A program made the translations under genes and the position numbers. Source: Octopus sinensis (lineage: Eukaryota). From it: a stretch of DNA of 64,000 bases. The stretch spans positions 55,490,001-55,554,000 of the forward strand of contig NC_042999.1 of NCBI RefSeq assembly GCF_006345805.1. Direction: 5' to 3'. How positions within the stretch are numbered: position 1 is the stretch's first letter; every line of letters begins with the position of its first letter. The notes below the pieces were generated by a model that was not told the origin of the DNA, did no database searches, and saw nothing but the letters and a program-made list of their open reading frames with translations. This document shows positions 37,948 through 52,835 of the stretch, piece by piece.

Positions 37948-38321
37948 ATGTACTTATATATATATGTATATATATATATGTACTTACATATAAGAGACCA
38001 AAATGTACGTACGCCGCCATATGTATATAAAAAGGAATACAAAAATGGGACAAGAACGCAAAAGATCTACACAGATGATACAGAAAGGGGACAAGAAAAA
38101 ACAAGGACGGGTCATTCGGAGTTTTCTTTCCTCAGTCGAGTTCCAGATTATCTTTGCAATTTTGGCTGGTTATACTCGGGATTGCTCCAATCTGGCGAGC
38201 TCCAAGGAAAACCTAAGCTAAGAGCACTAGATTCATTGGAAGAAAGTAACGAATGTATACGAAAACAAGGACGGAAAAAAAACCCCGAAGAAATGGTACA
38301 CAAATACAAATGCACATAACA

Positions 38322-38382
<61 letters not shown>

Positions 38383-39203
38383 CATATATATGTATATAGA
38401 GAGAGGGAAGAGAGGGAGAGAGAGAGAGTTTGATGATAACTGTGGATAAGTTAAATCCATATAATACCTGATTTCGTCATAAATTTAAACATTGCCTTTG
38501 AGTAATTGCTGTTTTCATAATTTACTAAATTGAGCGAGTGAGTGCCATTAGACGAATAAAGAATACAAAGATATATTACACATATCAGAAATACTAAGCA
38601 AAGTGGAACTCAAATGTGTAAATATTATTTCGTGACTTGCAGAAAACCTGTCCTAAGGGTGGTATTTTTGCAAGAATTATAATTCTGCATATTATCACTG
38701 AAAATTTCATTGTTTCCGATTGTATAAATTTCCCTCAATAATCACCTTTTCCCAAAAATAATTTTCGATATAAATACAAAACACTTTGTTCATATAATTT
38801 CAACAAACTACAGTTTTCCGTAAGTCAATTTTAAAATCTCTTTCCAATATCGATTCTCGCATTGTGAGATTTTTTTGCATAGCAATCGCGTGCATACCAA
38901 ATTGTGCGCTTTTTTCGGTTCTTGACACTTTTTGCTGTTTCTCTATGTCATTGGAATCTGTGTTACGGTGTATATAAATAATGACACACACTCACACACG
39001 CACGCAAACAAACACGCACACTAAAAAACACGCACACTCACACACACGCACACCACACACACACACACATACACGCACTCGTGCGCGCTTCTCTCTTCAA
39101 GTACGCTGTAGCAGACAGCCCGTGAGCATAGACCATACACACTTATGATTATCTGACTGCCAGCAACACAAAGGAGGGAAATAACATGTATCACTTATGG
39201 ATA

Positions 39204-39235
<32 letters not shown>

Positions 39236-40391
39236 TCGTATATATCTATATATGTGAGTGAAGTGTGTGTGTGCGTATGTATATACATTTATGTATGTAT
39301 TTAGGTATGTATATATGTTATGTATACATGTATATATGTATATATGTATTTTTATATATATATATATATACATACATGCACTATAAATGTTTGTGTATTG
39401 CTTGATTATATTTTCCAGTGTGTCTACCTATTAGCTATATTTATATATTATTGTATATATTATCGCATTAAATCTGAATCGATTCTCTTAATATTCTGAG
39501 TAGGATCTTTGTACAGAAGTGATAGAGATAGAAATGGTATGATAAAATACAATGAGACAGAGAGAGAGAGAAAGAAATTGAGAGAGAGAGAGAATGAGAG
39601 TGAGAAAGACTGAGAAGAGAGAGAGAGAGTGAATAAGATATATATTTCAAATGCTAATTCCTTAAATCCTGCCATTGATGCCTCTGGTAATGGTTCCGTA
39701 ATAAATAAACAACAACAACAGTAACAATAACAACAAGAAAAACACCAACAGCTACAACACATAGTTACTAACTGTGTTGGGTGAACTACTGTTGACAATA
39801 GTCGTTGTGAATCTTTTAGATTCATCTGAAATTTCTCCGGCAAATTTATAAAAATTTTCGGATTTTTTTGGTGTCTCATTTTAAATTATTTGAATGAAAC
39901 ATTCCATGGCAACAGCTTGATCATTTTCAACAACTGTATTATTCCTCCCCAACTACACTTTGTCATTTAGCTAATTAAAATCGTCATTAATATCAGTTCT
40001 CTCATTCTTGCAACTCCAATTGTTAGGCTTGTGCGTTTAATGTTTCGGCAGATATTGTTTGTTTTTTAGGTATTTTGCCTGTCCATTTTTATGTATTTGC
40101 CTTTGCATTACATCAGAGAACGTCATTACAAATTTCCATAATAAATTAAGCATAGTAACGAGTTGAAGAAGTTTGATCAGCTGAGATAATCCATAAATGT
40201 AGTAGACAAAACTCTCTCAATATATATATTTAAATTCAATAAGCAACTGGAGAGAACTTCGTTATGATCAGATCATGAGAAGTTGTAGGCAATAAAGACG
40301 ATGTATGATAGAGCTGACTTGGTCTTTAAGTCTACCGATGAAAGGAAAAAGCATGTTTTAGTCATATTAGACTTCTGTCAAGCATATTCTA

Positions 40392-40611
40392 CAGTAATCA
40401 CTTGACTATCGCAGCTGTTAAGTTCCAAAACCCACCGCAATAGGTGAAAATCCGCGAAATAGAAACAGTACTGTACTGTATAATCGTAAAAAATATTTTT
40501 ATAATTTGTATGTATTTATTTTATAAATGCAAAACAACACCACGGAGGAATTGGCGTATGCTTAAACAATAAATCGCGATAGGTGAACCGCGTTATGGCG
40601 AGTGATTACTG
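40392..40611. mobile_element. Tigger/pogo-type MITE (220 bp)
   Basis: TA-CAGTAATCACT..AGTGATTACTG-TA terminal inverted repeats with TA duplication. Confidence 0.75.
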
Positions 40612-40689
40612 TATTCAGATTGCAAAAATTGATCTATCTAAATATGTGAGTATGTACATGCATACGTGTACACGCGTGTGTATGTGTGT

Positions 40690-40941
<252 letters not shown>

Positions 40942-41063
40942 CAGGCGCATGCATGGCTCTGTGGTAAGAAGCTTGTTTCCCAACCACTTGGTTCCGGGTT
41001 CAGTTCCACTACGTGGCACCTTAGCAAATGTCTTCTAATGTCTTGTAGTGAATTTGATAGACG

Positions 41064-41114
<51 letters not shown>

Positions 41115-41466
41115 ATAATTTACATGATAAGGGCAGAAGAAAAATTCTAATGCCAAATATGCCGAAACAAAAATTTTGTCGATAACCATTATAATTTATG
41201 CGTCTCGAAACAAACCGATAGAGATCTCTAAAAAATTCTAAAATGAGTAAGTATTTCATTTATATCTCGCGTATTTGCCGCTGAAGAGGGGAAAATTTCT
41301 CATGAATTAACCCCGAAATTGGACCAATACGGTAATAACGAATTTTTTTAGAGATTTCTATCGGTTTGTTTCGAGACGCATAAATTATAATGGTTATCGA
41401 CAAATTTTTTTTGTTTCGGCATATTTGGCATTATAATTTTTCTTCTGGCCTTATCTTGTAAATTAT
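41115..41466. mobile_element. Foldback element (arms 41115-41238 and 41340-41466) enclosing a hammerhead
   Basis: Near-perfect ~125-bp inverted arms with a 101-nt spacer; (TA)n on both sides. Confidence 0.8.
41275..41335 (+). ncRNA. Type I hammerhead ribozyme, canonical core
   Basis: TTGCCG-CTGAAGA-[GGGG..CCCC]-GAA-ATTGG a CCAAT-A-CGGTAA; G10.1-C11.1 intact, 6-bp stem I. Confidence 0.8.
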
Positions 41467-41547
41467 GAATAAATTTTACTTTTAAAGGCAATTTTTGATA
41501 TGCTGGCCATTGATAAAATTTTTTCCCGAAAAAATGTTTATCTTATA

Positions 41548-41632
<85 letters not shown>

Positions 41633-41839
41633 CATTGTATCGATGATCCAGTTATTAGATGTTATACATCGTGGGCACAATGCGGTTCCAACTTTCTTGA
41701 TTATGCCACTCATTTTCATCTTGTCCTTTATTTCTTAAATAAATTGTCTTTCATCGCAGGTGGGATGGGGCTTCGAAGCGGTTATTTCTTGAATAACACC
41801 CGGCAATTACACGCGTACATCTATTGTCTGTGAACCTTG

Positions 41840-42240
41840 AGAGATATCTAATCCAGCGGAAGTTGTGCTACCGGCAATTGGATGGTTGTTATACGAGAGT
41901 GCTTACATTGGAACTCAATGTCTCATGGAAGTGTCATACAACAAACGCCGACTTATACCAGGGACTACCAAAAGTAATATTGAAGATACAGCATAGAAGG
42001 GTGAGGCTAGCTGGACACTGCATCAGACACACCGATGAAATTGCTAACAAGCTGGTGCCCTGGCAACCAACGGAAGGCAGAATTAGGAGAGGAAGGAAGA
42101 AGACGACCTATATTGACAACTTGTTGGGGGATACTGATATAGAAGGGTTACAGGAGCTGAGGACCATTATGGAATATCGAGATGAATGGGGAAAATGTGT
42201 GAAAACAGTATTGGGGTGTCCTGTCGACGACCTATGAATA
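41840..42240 (+). mobile_element. LINE 3' fragment (RTE/RTEX-like)
   Basis: RQLDGCYTRVL..RRVRLAGHCIRH..LVPWQP..RGRKKTTYIDNL. Confidence 0.75.
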
Positions 42241-42248
42241 TATTATAT

Positions 42249-42286
<38 letters not shown>

Positions 42287-45200
42287 CAATTATTAGCTAC
42301 AGAAGCAGTATTAATAGCAAAATGTATTCTTTATATATAAACAGCTTTAGCTACCAAGTGCTTACATGAGATCTCTCAAGGTTAATAATGCAGTATACGA
42401 TGTTCTAACAAGACACCCTGGATAGGTTGGATATAAAGATTAAATTTTGTTATTAATTTTGCTTCCGTCAGTAATAATTGATATTTCTTCCGACACTAAT
42501 AATTAATTTTTAATAAGCCTGCTGACTATTTGCGACATCAATGACCGTAAAGATGCTGATATTCTATATATCGTAGCAGTAAGACTTGAGTGGAATACAG
42601 TGATCGGGCGCTTCCATCTGATATTTCCTGTAGAATGAAACCATGTAATATGGGAAATCCATGATATAGGAATTCAGTGCTTTTGTGCACCAATAGCCTA
42701 AATATGAGGACCTCTCAATGCTAATAACGCAGTATTCGGTATTCTAACAAGGTATCCATGTCAGGCTCTCTCTCTCTCTCTCCCTCTCATATATACATAG
42801 GACATGGGCAAGTGGGGGTCATGCTTCAACTCCCCCCCTTATGATTTACTTCATTGGGTATTTTCATGAAGCCCTGGGTCTATCAAGTAAAAAAAACTGG
42901 AATGGAAGATGCCCACCATGGACTTTTTGACCACGCCCACTTTTACAGCTGGAGGTAGAAAATTGGGGGTATGGATAATTCAAACAGCTTTAACTTTGCA
43001 ACTCATCGCCAAAATATTTCCAATGACCACTTAAAATGATTGCCTGCTGAAGATCTACAAGTTCATGCGAATGATTAGCAAATTTATTCTGTAAAACGGT
43101 CACCAGAGTTCAAAAAGACATGAACTTTGACCTTTACCTATAATATCTAGCATTCACAGGTGTTATTTATCACCAAAAGCAGATGTTACTTTTGATCCTC
43201 TCTGATGAAAAGATTTGCATAATTTGATGTTTCATTTTATAGATCAACTCAAATATCTTCCGTGGTAATTTACATTGATTCGAGTAAAAATTCCAAAGTA
43301 CCACTTGCTAGGTTTTGCCTTCCTTCTATTCCAAACATTCAGTAATTCGTACAAAACAGTATGTAAAAGTGAAGATATATCTCATATTCTATGGAGTAAA
43401 AACTTATACTTTACAGCTTTTTAAAATACTGGTATGAAAAAGCACATGTAAACCTTCGTTCTGATTAATTTTCAATATAAAAAAAACTTTATATGGTCAG
43501 CGTGTTGTGTCCTTAAGCCAGACACTATATTTCATGTTGTTCTAGTCCATTCAGCTGGCAAAAGTGCGTTGTACCTGTAATTCAATTTGCTCGACTAAAG
43601 GCGGTGCTCCAGCATGGCCACAGTCAACGAACTGAAACAAGTAAATGAGTAAAAGAGTACAGATTTCGATCAGCTACTTTGCTGAAGCTATCATTTTCGT
43701 TTGATGTTCTTAGGCATCAAACATACCTAAAGGAAGTTTTCGTCTACAAATTGCTATGATAATACTAACTGATCGAACTTTTCTACGTCATATTTCTATT
43801 CTACCGTTTTAGTATTTACCATTTCAAACACTTTTTTCGGGTATTTTCCTACAGACATACTTTTGATATAAATATTACTACTGCACTTAGACAGAGATAA
43901 CATACTTCATTCTAAATGTTTCTAATTAATTTTCTAGTTTTTAACAATATGTTCATACACACACAAATACTCTCACACATACATATACACAGCACGTACT
44001 CTTGAATGTATCCACGCAAATACATATATACGTAAGCGCTTTTAAGTGTGATTTTATATATGTGTGTGTTTTTCATAGATTCGAATGTATACCTATAAGT
44101 GTGTGTGTGTGTGTATGTGTGTATGTGTGTGTGTGTACATATTTGTGTTTGCGTGTGTGTTTATTGAAATATTGTTAATGCTCACTACAAAAGGATTTAT
44201 CATTTTAACTACAATAGAAACAATAACAATAATTACAACAACAACAACAACAACAAAAACAACAACAACAGGATAATAGAAATCAAATTTAAGAAATAAA
44301 AGAAACAAGTACATGTTAATGAGATATTAATTAGTGTGACACACTGCGATAATTATGTCCAGAAGACGATGGCGAGAAACACGACTTTGTTTCGATCGAA
44401 AAAGAGGCAAGGAAAACATGTCTTTAGTTTCACCTCTTGTGTTATGATCGTGTCTAGATGAAAAGGATAAAAGAAACAAAGAGTGCAACAAAACAAAACA
44501 CAATGGCTAACGAACCGAATAATACGTGGAACGCTAGGTGTTTCCTACTCTTGATTAATTAGACACCGAGATAGTAATTAAATTCTAATCTTAATATTAA
44601 TTCTGTAATTATTAGTCAGTGCATAAAAAAAAATGTCCTGAAGGTATTGGAAATCGAACAAACAAGGAAATATTGTAAATGCTAATATTTTGATGACATC
44701 AATGTGTTTTGGCGGGAGAATTTGTATGACATTTAAGGGATCGGGTTGTTTTCTTTATTTATATATATACAAGAGAATACGTATTGTCAGCTTGTTTCAA
44801 TTTGTTTTCAGTCAACGTTGCATTTTCTGTAGCAAATAACTTCCAATAGACATCAACTGTTCTAAGCTTTTAATAAGCATATAATTTTCTTCTAGTATTA
44901 GGAATAAGTAAAAGAGATATCTAAAAATCTACACGAGTCTACTCAAGACATTGATGTTGTTAAATACACTTATCTCGATATAAATTATACGAATCGATTG
45001 CACCCGACCTACCGCAACAAAGAGAAGTTCTTCGCAAAAAATAAAATACTATTTAAAAAAATTTTTGTACATTAAGAAAATTGATTACTTTTCCTAATAA
45101 CATATACAAATATTGAATATAATGACCTTGCACGTACAAACATTGCATTATCACAATTGATAGCCGTTTTCGTATGGTATTTTCAGTGTAGATTACAGTT

Positions 45201-45561
45201 ATATAAACAAATACTGAAGGCATCCTCTTGTTGGTGGTGTCGCCGGTGATACGTTCGCCTTGTTTCCTGCTTTTTTTTTTTTTTTGGAAACAGCTATCGG
45301 TGTTTACTTTATGGCAAGCTTTCCAACCAGATTTCTGGAATGAAGTTATCGTAACTTCATGGGGCCCCGATACCCCTCCCTTGATGCCAATAGAAATAAT
45401 ACTAAACAAGGTGTAGTAATGGGATTAAGAATCTCGTTTTGCAATCATATAGCTTCGTGTTGAGTCCCACAACGCGTCGAGCCGGCTAATGACTTTTCAG
45501 TTAATTTGGTACAGCGAAACTGTGGAAGCATCATACATACATACATACATACATACATACA

Positions 45562-45597
<36 letters not shown>

Positions 45598-48519
45598 CAC
45601 ATATAGATAAATACATTCTTATTTATAAGCACATTATATATATATATACATATACATATATATACATATATATGCATATACATACTCATAAATATATATA
45701 TATATACACATACATACATATATAAATATATGCACATACATACACCTATATACATATACATACACATATATATATATATAAATATAATTATATATATATA
45801 TATATTCTATGTGTGTGTATGTCTGTGTGTGTGTATGTGTGTCTGTGTGTGTTTGTGTGTGTGTGAACATTATCATTTCTAAGTCTCTCAACGGGTGACA
45901 TTTAATCCGATATTTTAACGCAATATGTCTATGAAGAGGGTTTCCCTCCGCAAAAATCACACCATTAAATCTGTCAAAGGTGTGTTTACATTAATTATGA
46001 TACATTGATGGCTATTTTAGTTTAATGCTATTTCAATTACGAACCAAGTATAAAGCAGAATTCTATCTAACTGCAAGGCAAATTACGAATTTTAAACACC
46101 AGCTAAAAGAAAACACAGCCCTTTAACTATGCCAAATAAAAATCTTGTGGAAAACAACAATGAAAAACAACAACAACTCTATCCTAGCACGCATCGCTTA
46201 GGGCGTGAATACAAGCAGTGAAAAATTGCCTTTGGCTGCTTTCGTCCTTCTGAAAAGAAAAACCTCCGTATGAAATATTTTGATGGATGATGGAAAGTTG
46301 CTAACATTTTTGCACAACAAACTGGAGTCAGTTTTCTACAATCATTCAGAGAGGTCCATGAGAATAAAAGGTAAGTTCTAGTAGTCTTTTCAAACACGCA
46401 ACAGCCTATCATATTCTAATCGACCAAAATTTGAAGACAACTCTGGTTGATAGCTGAAATGAAATATTCTTCGTTGAGACAAGTAAGGTATATGGCACTA
46501 TGTATCGTTTTTAAAAGAAAGAACAGCGTGAAAGCCTAAGCACAGATAGTATACGAGCCGGCCGCTCATAAGTTGAACTTTGGTCTAAATCGAAGACTAG
46601 TAACAGACAGCAAGCTGGTAGAATCATTAGAACCTCGTTCAAAATACTTTACGGTATTGGATTAGCTCGAACTCCATGTTCTGAGTTCAAATCCAGCTGA
46701 AGAGGAATTTGCCATTCATCCGGTTTGGATCGATAAAATAACGTACCCGTCAAGTATTCGTGCGGATAGTATCGATTTACATTATATCCTAAATACTGGT
46801 AGCCACGAGCCTAAATCAGAAATCATTACTACTGCCATTCTTCTACTTACTGTCTCCCGTAGTAAGACGACATTGTATTTGCTTGTCTATTCAAACTTTA
46901 TCAAATGAATTTTATCTCGGAGTTCATGTCAAAGGTTGGGGTTCTCTCAAAATTTAGAAGTAGACAAGGAATTTTTACAAATTTAAAAGGAAAATATATT
47001 TACTCGTATTACATTTTCACATCCAAAATGGTTACCACACAGAGCACGCTACAAGACTAAACATATCATCATCATTACGCTTCCGCAGATGAACATTGTT
47101 ATCTACTTGTCATCAGAATTACCTTACCTGCATTGCTCTTGGAAGGTTGCTCAGTGGCCAAAAAAAAAAATACAAAACTGTAGCAGACAAGTGAGTATCT
47201 AAATGTTGAAGCAGTAAAAGTACATAAACAAATTACCAAAGAATACATAGATGAAAAATGTCCTAAATACTGAAATTTGTCATTTGGAAGACAGCCACAG
47301 TTGTAACAGCAATAAAAGATGTAGCAACACTTAAACAATTTCAAAATCTGCGTTTCGTTCATACAGGGGTTTTGGGAAAGCGAAATTCCAATAAAACGAA
47401 ATAAACATATAAAACATTTCATCTCACATTTTTAGAAAAAAAAATATACGTGAAAGAATTTCGTAAAATCGAACAGTATTTCTTTGCCACGGGATGTTAT
47501 CGAAGAGAAAGCAAAGAGAAAAGTTATATATTTCTGCTTATAAGGATACGAAAACTGATTAAATTCCCCCCATCCGCACCATCACACACACATACGCCAA
47601 ATTGTACAATAGGTTCTGTAAAAAGTATCGGGAGAAGTACTCTCAACTAAAAAAACACAAATGTTATGCTCGTGTCTTTAAAACAGAGAACCAAACGAAA
47701 ACAAGCTGAAATTGTCAGATATACATCGATCTATAGATTTGTGCCTCAGTACATGGATCAAATTAATGCAAGAGTCACACTTGGGGACATTTGGCACAAC
47801 ATGGTTAGTTATGGGTTTTAGGTTGAAGCATGGGAGAGAGAACACAGCAAGCTTAACGAATGGCAACATTTTGTAAAGTGGCGTCAAAATGGAGTTAGCG
47901 TCTCCTAATGGCATTCCAAAATCCAGAGTCATACTAGAATTGACCCGTACAGAATATACCAAGACAAAGAGCATACGATTGATGATACGGGCTGGAAAGC
48001 TTTGTTATATTTGTCGGAGTAAAACAGACCTTGAAACTGAATGCCTTGGAACTGAAAAACATTAAGCAAAAATAAAGAAAATGAAAATAAGGAAGAACAA
48101 TACCAAAACAAAAAAAACTCAGTTTATAGCACCAGCAGCCAAAGTCCTAGGATTGACACGTTAAATATCTTCATACCTCATCTCAAATATATGAACTGAA
48201 AACATGACACCGAAAGTAAAAAGAAGTTACCCTTGAGAGTTTTGTGTCATTTAATGTCTCAAAACAAGTTTAGTGGTGCATTTGGTCACACGCGAGAAAA
48301 GTTTTAAAATTATCAACCGAACAGGTTTGAGAGGTGCCCTAGATCAATCTAACCACTACTCCTTCATTTTGTAAATTCTTCCAATATACTTTTATTGTAT
48401 TTTAATATACTTTTAATTAATTAATTATTCCCATGTAAATATGTGCGTGTGTATCTATTTGTGTGCGTAGGGTGATTCAAAATCTCCATACATAGCAATA
48501 TCTTATTATTTTTCCCTTT

Positions 48520-48734
48520 CTTTTGAGTTTTGCTACTCAATTTAGTAACCCCCTGTACCATTTTCTGTACCTATCCCTCCACCTTAGTTCTTTAAAACAT
48601 ATCACTCCACCTCTCATTCCTCATACATATTCATTCCTTAACTCTTATCTCTTCCTATCCCTCCCCTTCTCCTTTCCCATCCCTGTCATAACATCTTGAC
48701 CACCAACTAACACTCCATTTTCACTTTCTCTTCC

Positions 48735-48771
<37 letters not shown>

Positions 48772-49370
48772 TTTCCTCACCTATTCCTTTTGACGATTCT
48801 TCTCATTTTAACATACACATCTTTTCTCTCCTCTCTATCTACTTAATACTACCACTATATTCTCAAAATTTCAGTCACACCACAAGTCCCTCTTTGGTTG
48901 AACAGCACATGGAATCTACGTCTCCACACTTTCTAGTTGTAATGACAAAATATGAACTCCTATCACAATTTACATACCATGGACAAGAAACATTTCTACA
49001 ATTTCTACACACCACTTTCTTACACACCACTTTCCTACACACCACTTTCATACATATTTCTTATTTTTACTTTTATTCTCCTATTTCCCGTTATACTTCT
49101 TATTTTCAAACTTTTCCAAAATAACTCCTAATATTGAACTCTCCTATTTCCCTCTATTTAACCTTCTCACATTATCTCTAATGAAGGTATTTCCCTAATA
49201 TCCGAGAAACAGCTGTAATACTAAATTTATCTCTATAAATCTCCTAAAAATTACACAGAGCCTTGGCTTTGCTGACTCATTTTATTTAACATACATATGC
49301 TCATACAAGATCCGCATTAAACTCCACACTCGTATTAATATCGAACCGAGAGTTCAACTAGCCTTACCTG
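48520..49370 (+). mobile_element. Decayed Penelope pseudo-LTR-like repeat, homologous to 1330-1977
   Basis: 49060-49350 aligns by eye with 1780-1977 and with the reverse complement of 1376-1450; decayed hammerhead at 49174-49221. Confidence 0.6.
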
Positions 49371-49394
49371 GTATATACATATATATGTACACAC

Positions 49395-49444
<50 letters not shown>

Positions 49445-49763
49445 ATTTAGACAGTGGGGAGAAGAGTAGTTACAAAAACAAACTCCATGCATGTTGAATG
49501 GTCGCTTTTAAATAAAACAAGGGCATGAAGTCTATCTTAAGATCAGCGTGGTTAATATCTTTACCACCAACTAACACTCCTTTTTTCACTTTCTCTTCCC
49601 TTTCTTTCTTCTTTTCTCACATATTCCTTTTGACCATTCTCCCCATTTTAACATACACATCTTTTCTCTGACCTAAGCGTAGACCATTTATCTCGATCGC
49701 CTTACATCCTCTTCGTACCAAAGAGTTTTCTTAACTGTTCACCCCTTCTCTTTATCTTCATAT

Positions 49764-49835
<72 letters not shown>

Positions 49836-49880
49836 ATATATATGTATATATGTATTTGTATATCTATATGTATGTGTATA

Positions 49881-49937
<57 letters not shown>

Positions 49938-50558
49938 TTGTATATATCTATATATATATGTATGTATATATATATGTACGTATGTGTGTATACTTGTGTA
50001 TATGCGTGTGTATGTGCCTTTAAAATTCCTATTACGACCTTTCTTACATTGTATAACGTCTCTCGCTTCTCCCTTTATATTTGTAAACGTGATGTCACAT
50101 TTCTGATTCCACATTGTCTTTTCGTTCTTACTAACCCCTAATAAAACGTTCGTATGTTTTTTAAGTTCACGAGGCTGTGTGTCTAATAGGGAAAAATATT
50201 ATCATTATTGATGTTGATGTTGCTGTTGCTGTTGTTTTTATAATTGTTATCTTAATCATAGACATCGTCATCGTCGTTTTGTCGTTTTTCTTATTGCTGT
50301 TGTTGTTGTTCTTCTCCTTGCTACTGTTATATTGTTACCATTTTCTTGGAATCTATTGTTGCTTAATTTGCTTTGTTCCGGTGTGTTTGCGTCAAAAGAT
50401 CCATTTCCAAACCATAAAGAAGATCATTTTCTATCGAATTATTAGCAGAGACGAATCGAATTAGACATTAATTTCAAAGACACCTTTTTCAAAGTCAAAT
50501 TCACTTTCTCACGTACACTCATTCTTTTTCTTTCTGTAAATTTATTTGATAACTCTTT

Positions 50559-50663
50559 TTTCTTCTTCTTCTTCTTCTTCTTCTTCTTCTTCTTCTTCTT
50601 CTTCTTCTTCTTCTTCTTCATCTTCTTCTTCTTCTTCTTCTTCTTCTTCTTCTTCTTCTTCTT

Positions 50664-50739
<76 letters not shown>
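50559..50739. repeat. (TTC)n(TTA)n compound microsatellite
   Basis: Direct reading. Confidence 0.95.
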
Positions 50740-51619
50740 GTTTCTAATGCACCTTTACTCAGAGAGATTGTATCTCATTGTTCGCCATATGGAACAAGGA
50801 GACGAGTGGAAAATAAGACAATAACACGTCGGAAGTTTCTAAGATTTAATGTCGAAGCGTTAGAAAGGTTATTTACATTACCAGTGGAAAGAGACGTGCA
50901 AAGAGAAGGTGCTGGTGTCTACGAAGTAGTGGTGTCAGTGAAGTCTTTAATAGGGAAAGCAAACAAAAACATACTCATTAAGTTGATTGCTTGCTATGGG
51001 TCATAGACTGTTCCTTTTTTTATCCTTTCTATCTCGGATCATGAAAGACCATAGCAGTTAAGGCAATCTACACATCATAAAATATATTATTATACTTGTC
51101 ATTGTTGAATTTCATTATTATTTTTTCTTTTTGCTTAGTGTGATAGTGTGGTTGTGAATCTTAAGCTACTTAAATTTCCTGAAAAACAATTCAAGAAAAC
51201 AAATTCCTTTTCATTTACGGCTTCTCACTACTTTCTATCAGCCATGGACGTCGTAACTTCACATTACTTGATCTTGATATTTCTGAAGCTTTAGGCTTAC
51301 ACATAATTTTATTATTGTTTTACTTCTCAGAGTTTGCTCCGGTTTATTCTGTGAGGTCGGACAGCAGCCTTTTGATAGAGGTCTCACAGTGTCCTTTTCT
51401 GCACGTTATAATCTTTGATAATTGGTTATTATTATTATTATTATTATTACTATTATTTACTTTTAATCTGCATGTTTGTTACAGTCACTCACCAAGACAC
51501 ACTCGGCGGGTGAAGGATGAGAGATGTTACAGTATGACTGAAAGCTTGGGGAGGGGAAGTGGCAGATAGCAGTAGTGAAATATCTTCATATAATACTGCA
51601 CATACATTTAAATTGATAG

Positions 51620-52060
51620 GATTTTTCTAAGGTTTGTTTTTTCTGAGACATAGTTCTCCTAGGATATTATCTAGATGTTCCTGACATCCCTTTCTCATCA
51701 TCGTTCGACATCTGATAGTTTCAAGCAACTTTCTATTACATCATTTGTTGCACCTTTGTGCTTGTAGGGTGGTGTGTGCTGCATTTGATTTTGGTGGGGT
51801 GGATATTGTATTATATCAGTATGTTTTGTTATGGCGTTTGATTTTAGCCTTCTGTGGTATTAGTTTTTGTATTGTGTATTGTTTGTGCAGCGCAGGTTGT
51901 GTTCTTCTATCGGATATGAAATCACCATATAGCGCATTGTTAATTTTGTTGGGTATTTACCGTATGAGTTTATTTCTGTATGTTTTTTGGAGGTGTACTT
52001 CATAGTAGTGTGTGTAAATCATATGGTTTTCAGTCCATCGTTCTTTCTCTTTTGGCTGAT
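51620..52060 (-). mobile_element. Heavily decayed Penelope-like RT/GIY-YIG fragment
   Basis: KPYDLHTLL*STPPKNIQK resembles KPTD.H.YL..SS.HP.H.K; later QEHLDNI resembles the GIY-YIG R..EH motif. Confidence 0.35.
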
Positions 52061-52584
52061 TCTATTATGGGGTACAAATATACGAAACCCAATATATCCA
52101 TCATGACTACCCGTCTGATAAAGGCACACCAGGCACATGCATCACAAACATACGTGCGCGACATGGTGATTTCATATCAAGATGAACAACTCATGACCTT
52201 GCAGGTGGAGCCCGTTCAGAATTTCCTTCAGGTCGAGTAGCCCATACCACTCAAAAGGTCCCTGAATAAGTTTTGTTTAAGGATGTTGAACGGAACACCT
52301 ATATTTCCAGAGGTGAATTATTCAAGCCCCAAAGAATTCCTCTTAACACATGACTATGATGATTCCACTCTACTCCTGCTTGTGATCAGAGAAGCACTTA
52401 TCATCAGCCAGTAGGGGATATGCTCAACTCGTTAAAGTCAAACAACTGAGAAGCAAATTTGTGGCACTTAGCAGAATATTTACTGTAGCCCATCTTTTAT
52501 ACCAAGACAAAATATGTACATAATAAACCTTCCAATGAATTTAGATCAAAAGCTGTGAGAGCCAGTGCCTGGTATTGCATCATG

Positions 52585-52600
52585 ACAATTATTATTATTA

Positions 52601-52652
<52 letters not shown>

Positions 52653-52690
52653 CTTTATTATTTGTAGTAGTAGTCTTGGTGGTGGTGTGT

Positions 52691-52756
<66 letters not shown>

Positions 52757-52769
52757 ATAGTAGTAGTAA

Positions 52770-52834
<65 letters not shown>

Positions 52835-52835
52835 C
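52585..52835. repeat. (TTA)n..(TAG)n compound microsatellite
   Basis: Direct reading. Confidence 0.95.

Noticed and set aside
38480-38990. Possible Helitron Rep N-terminal relic on minus
   Set aside because: Only a few residues (NMQNYNS) resemble the motif; too decayed
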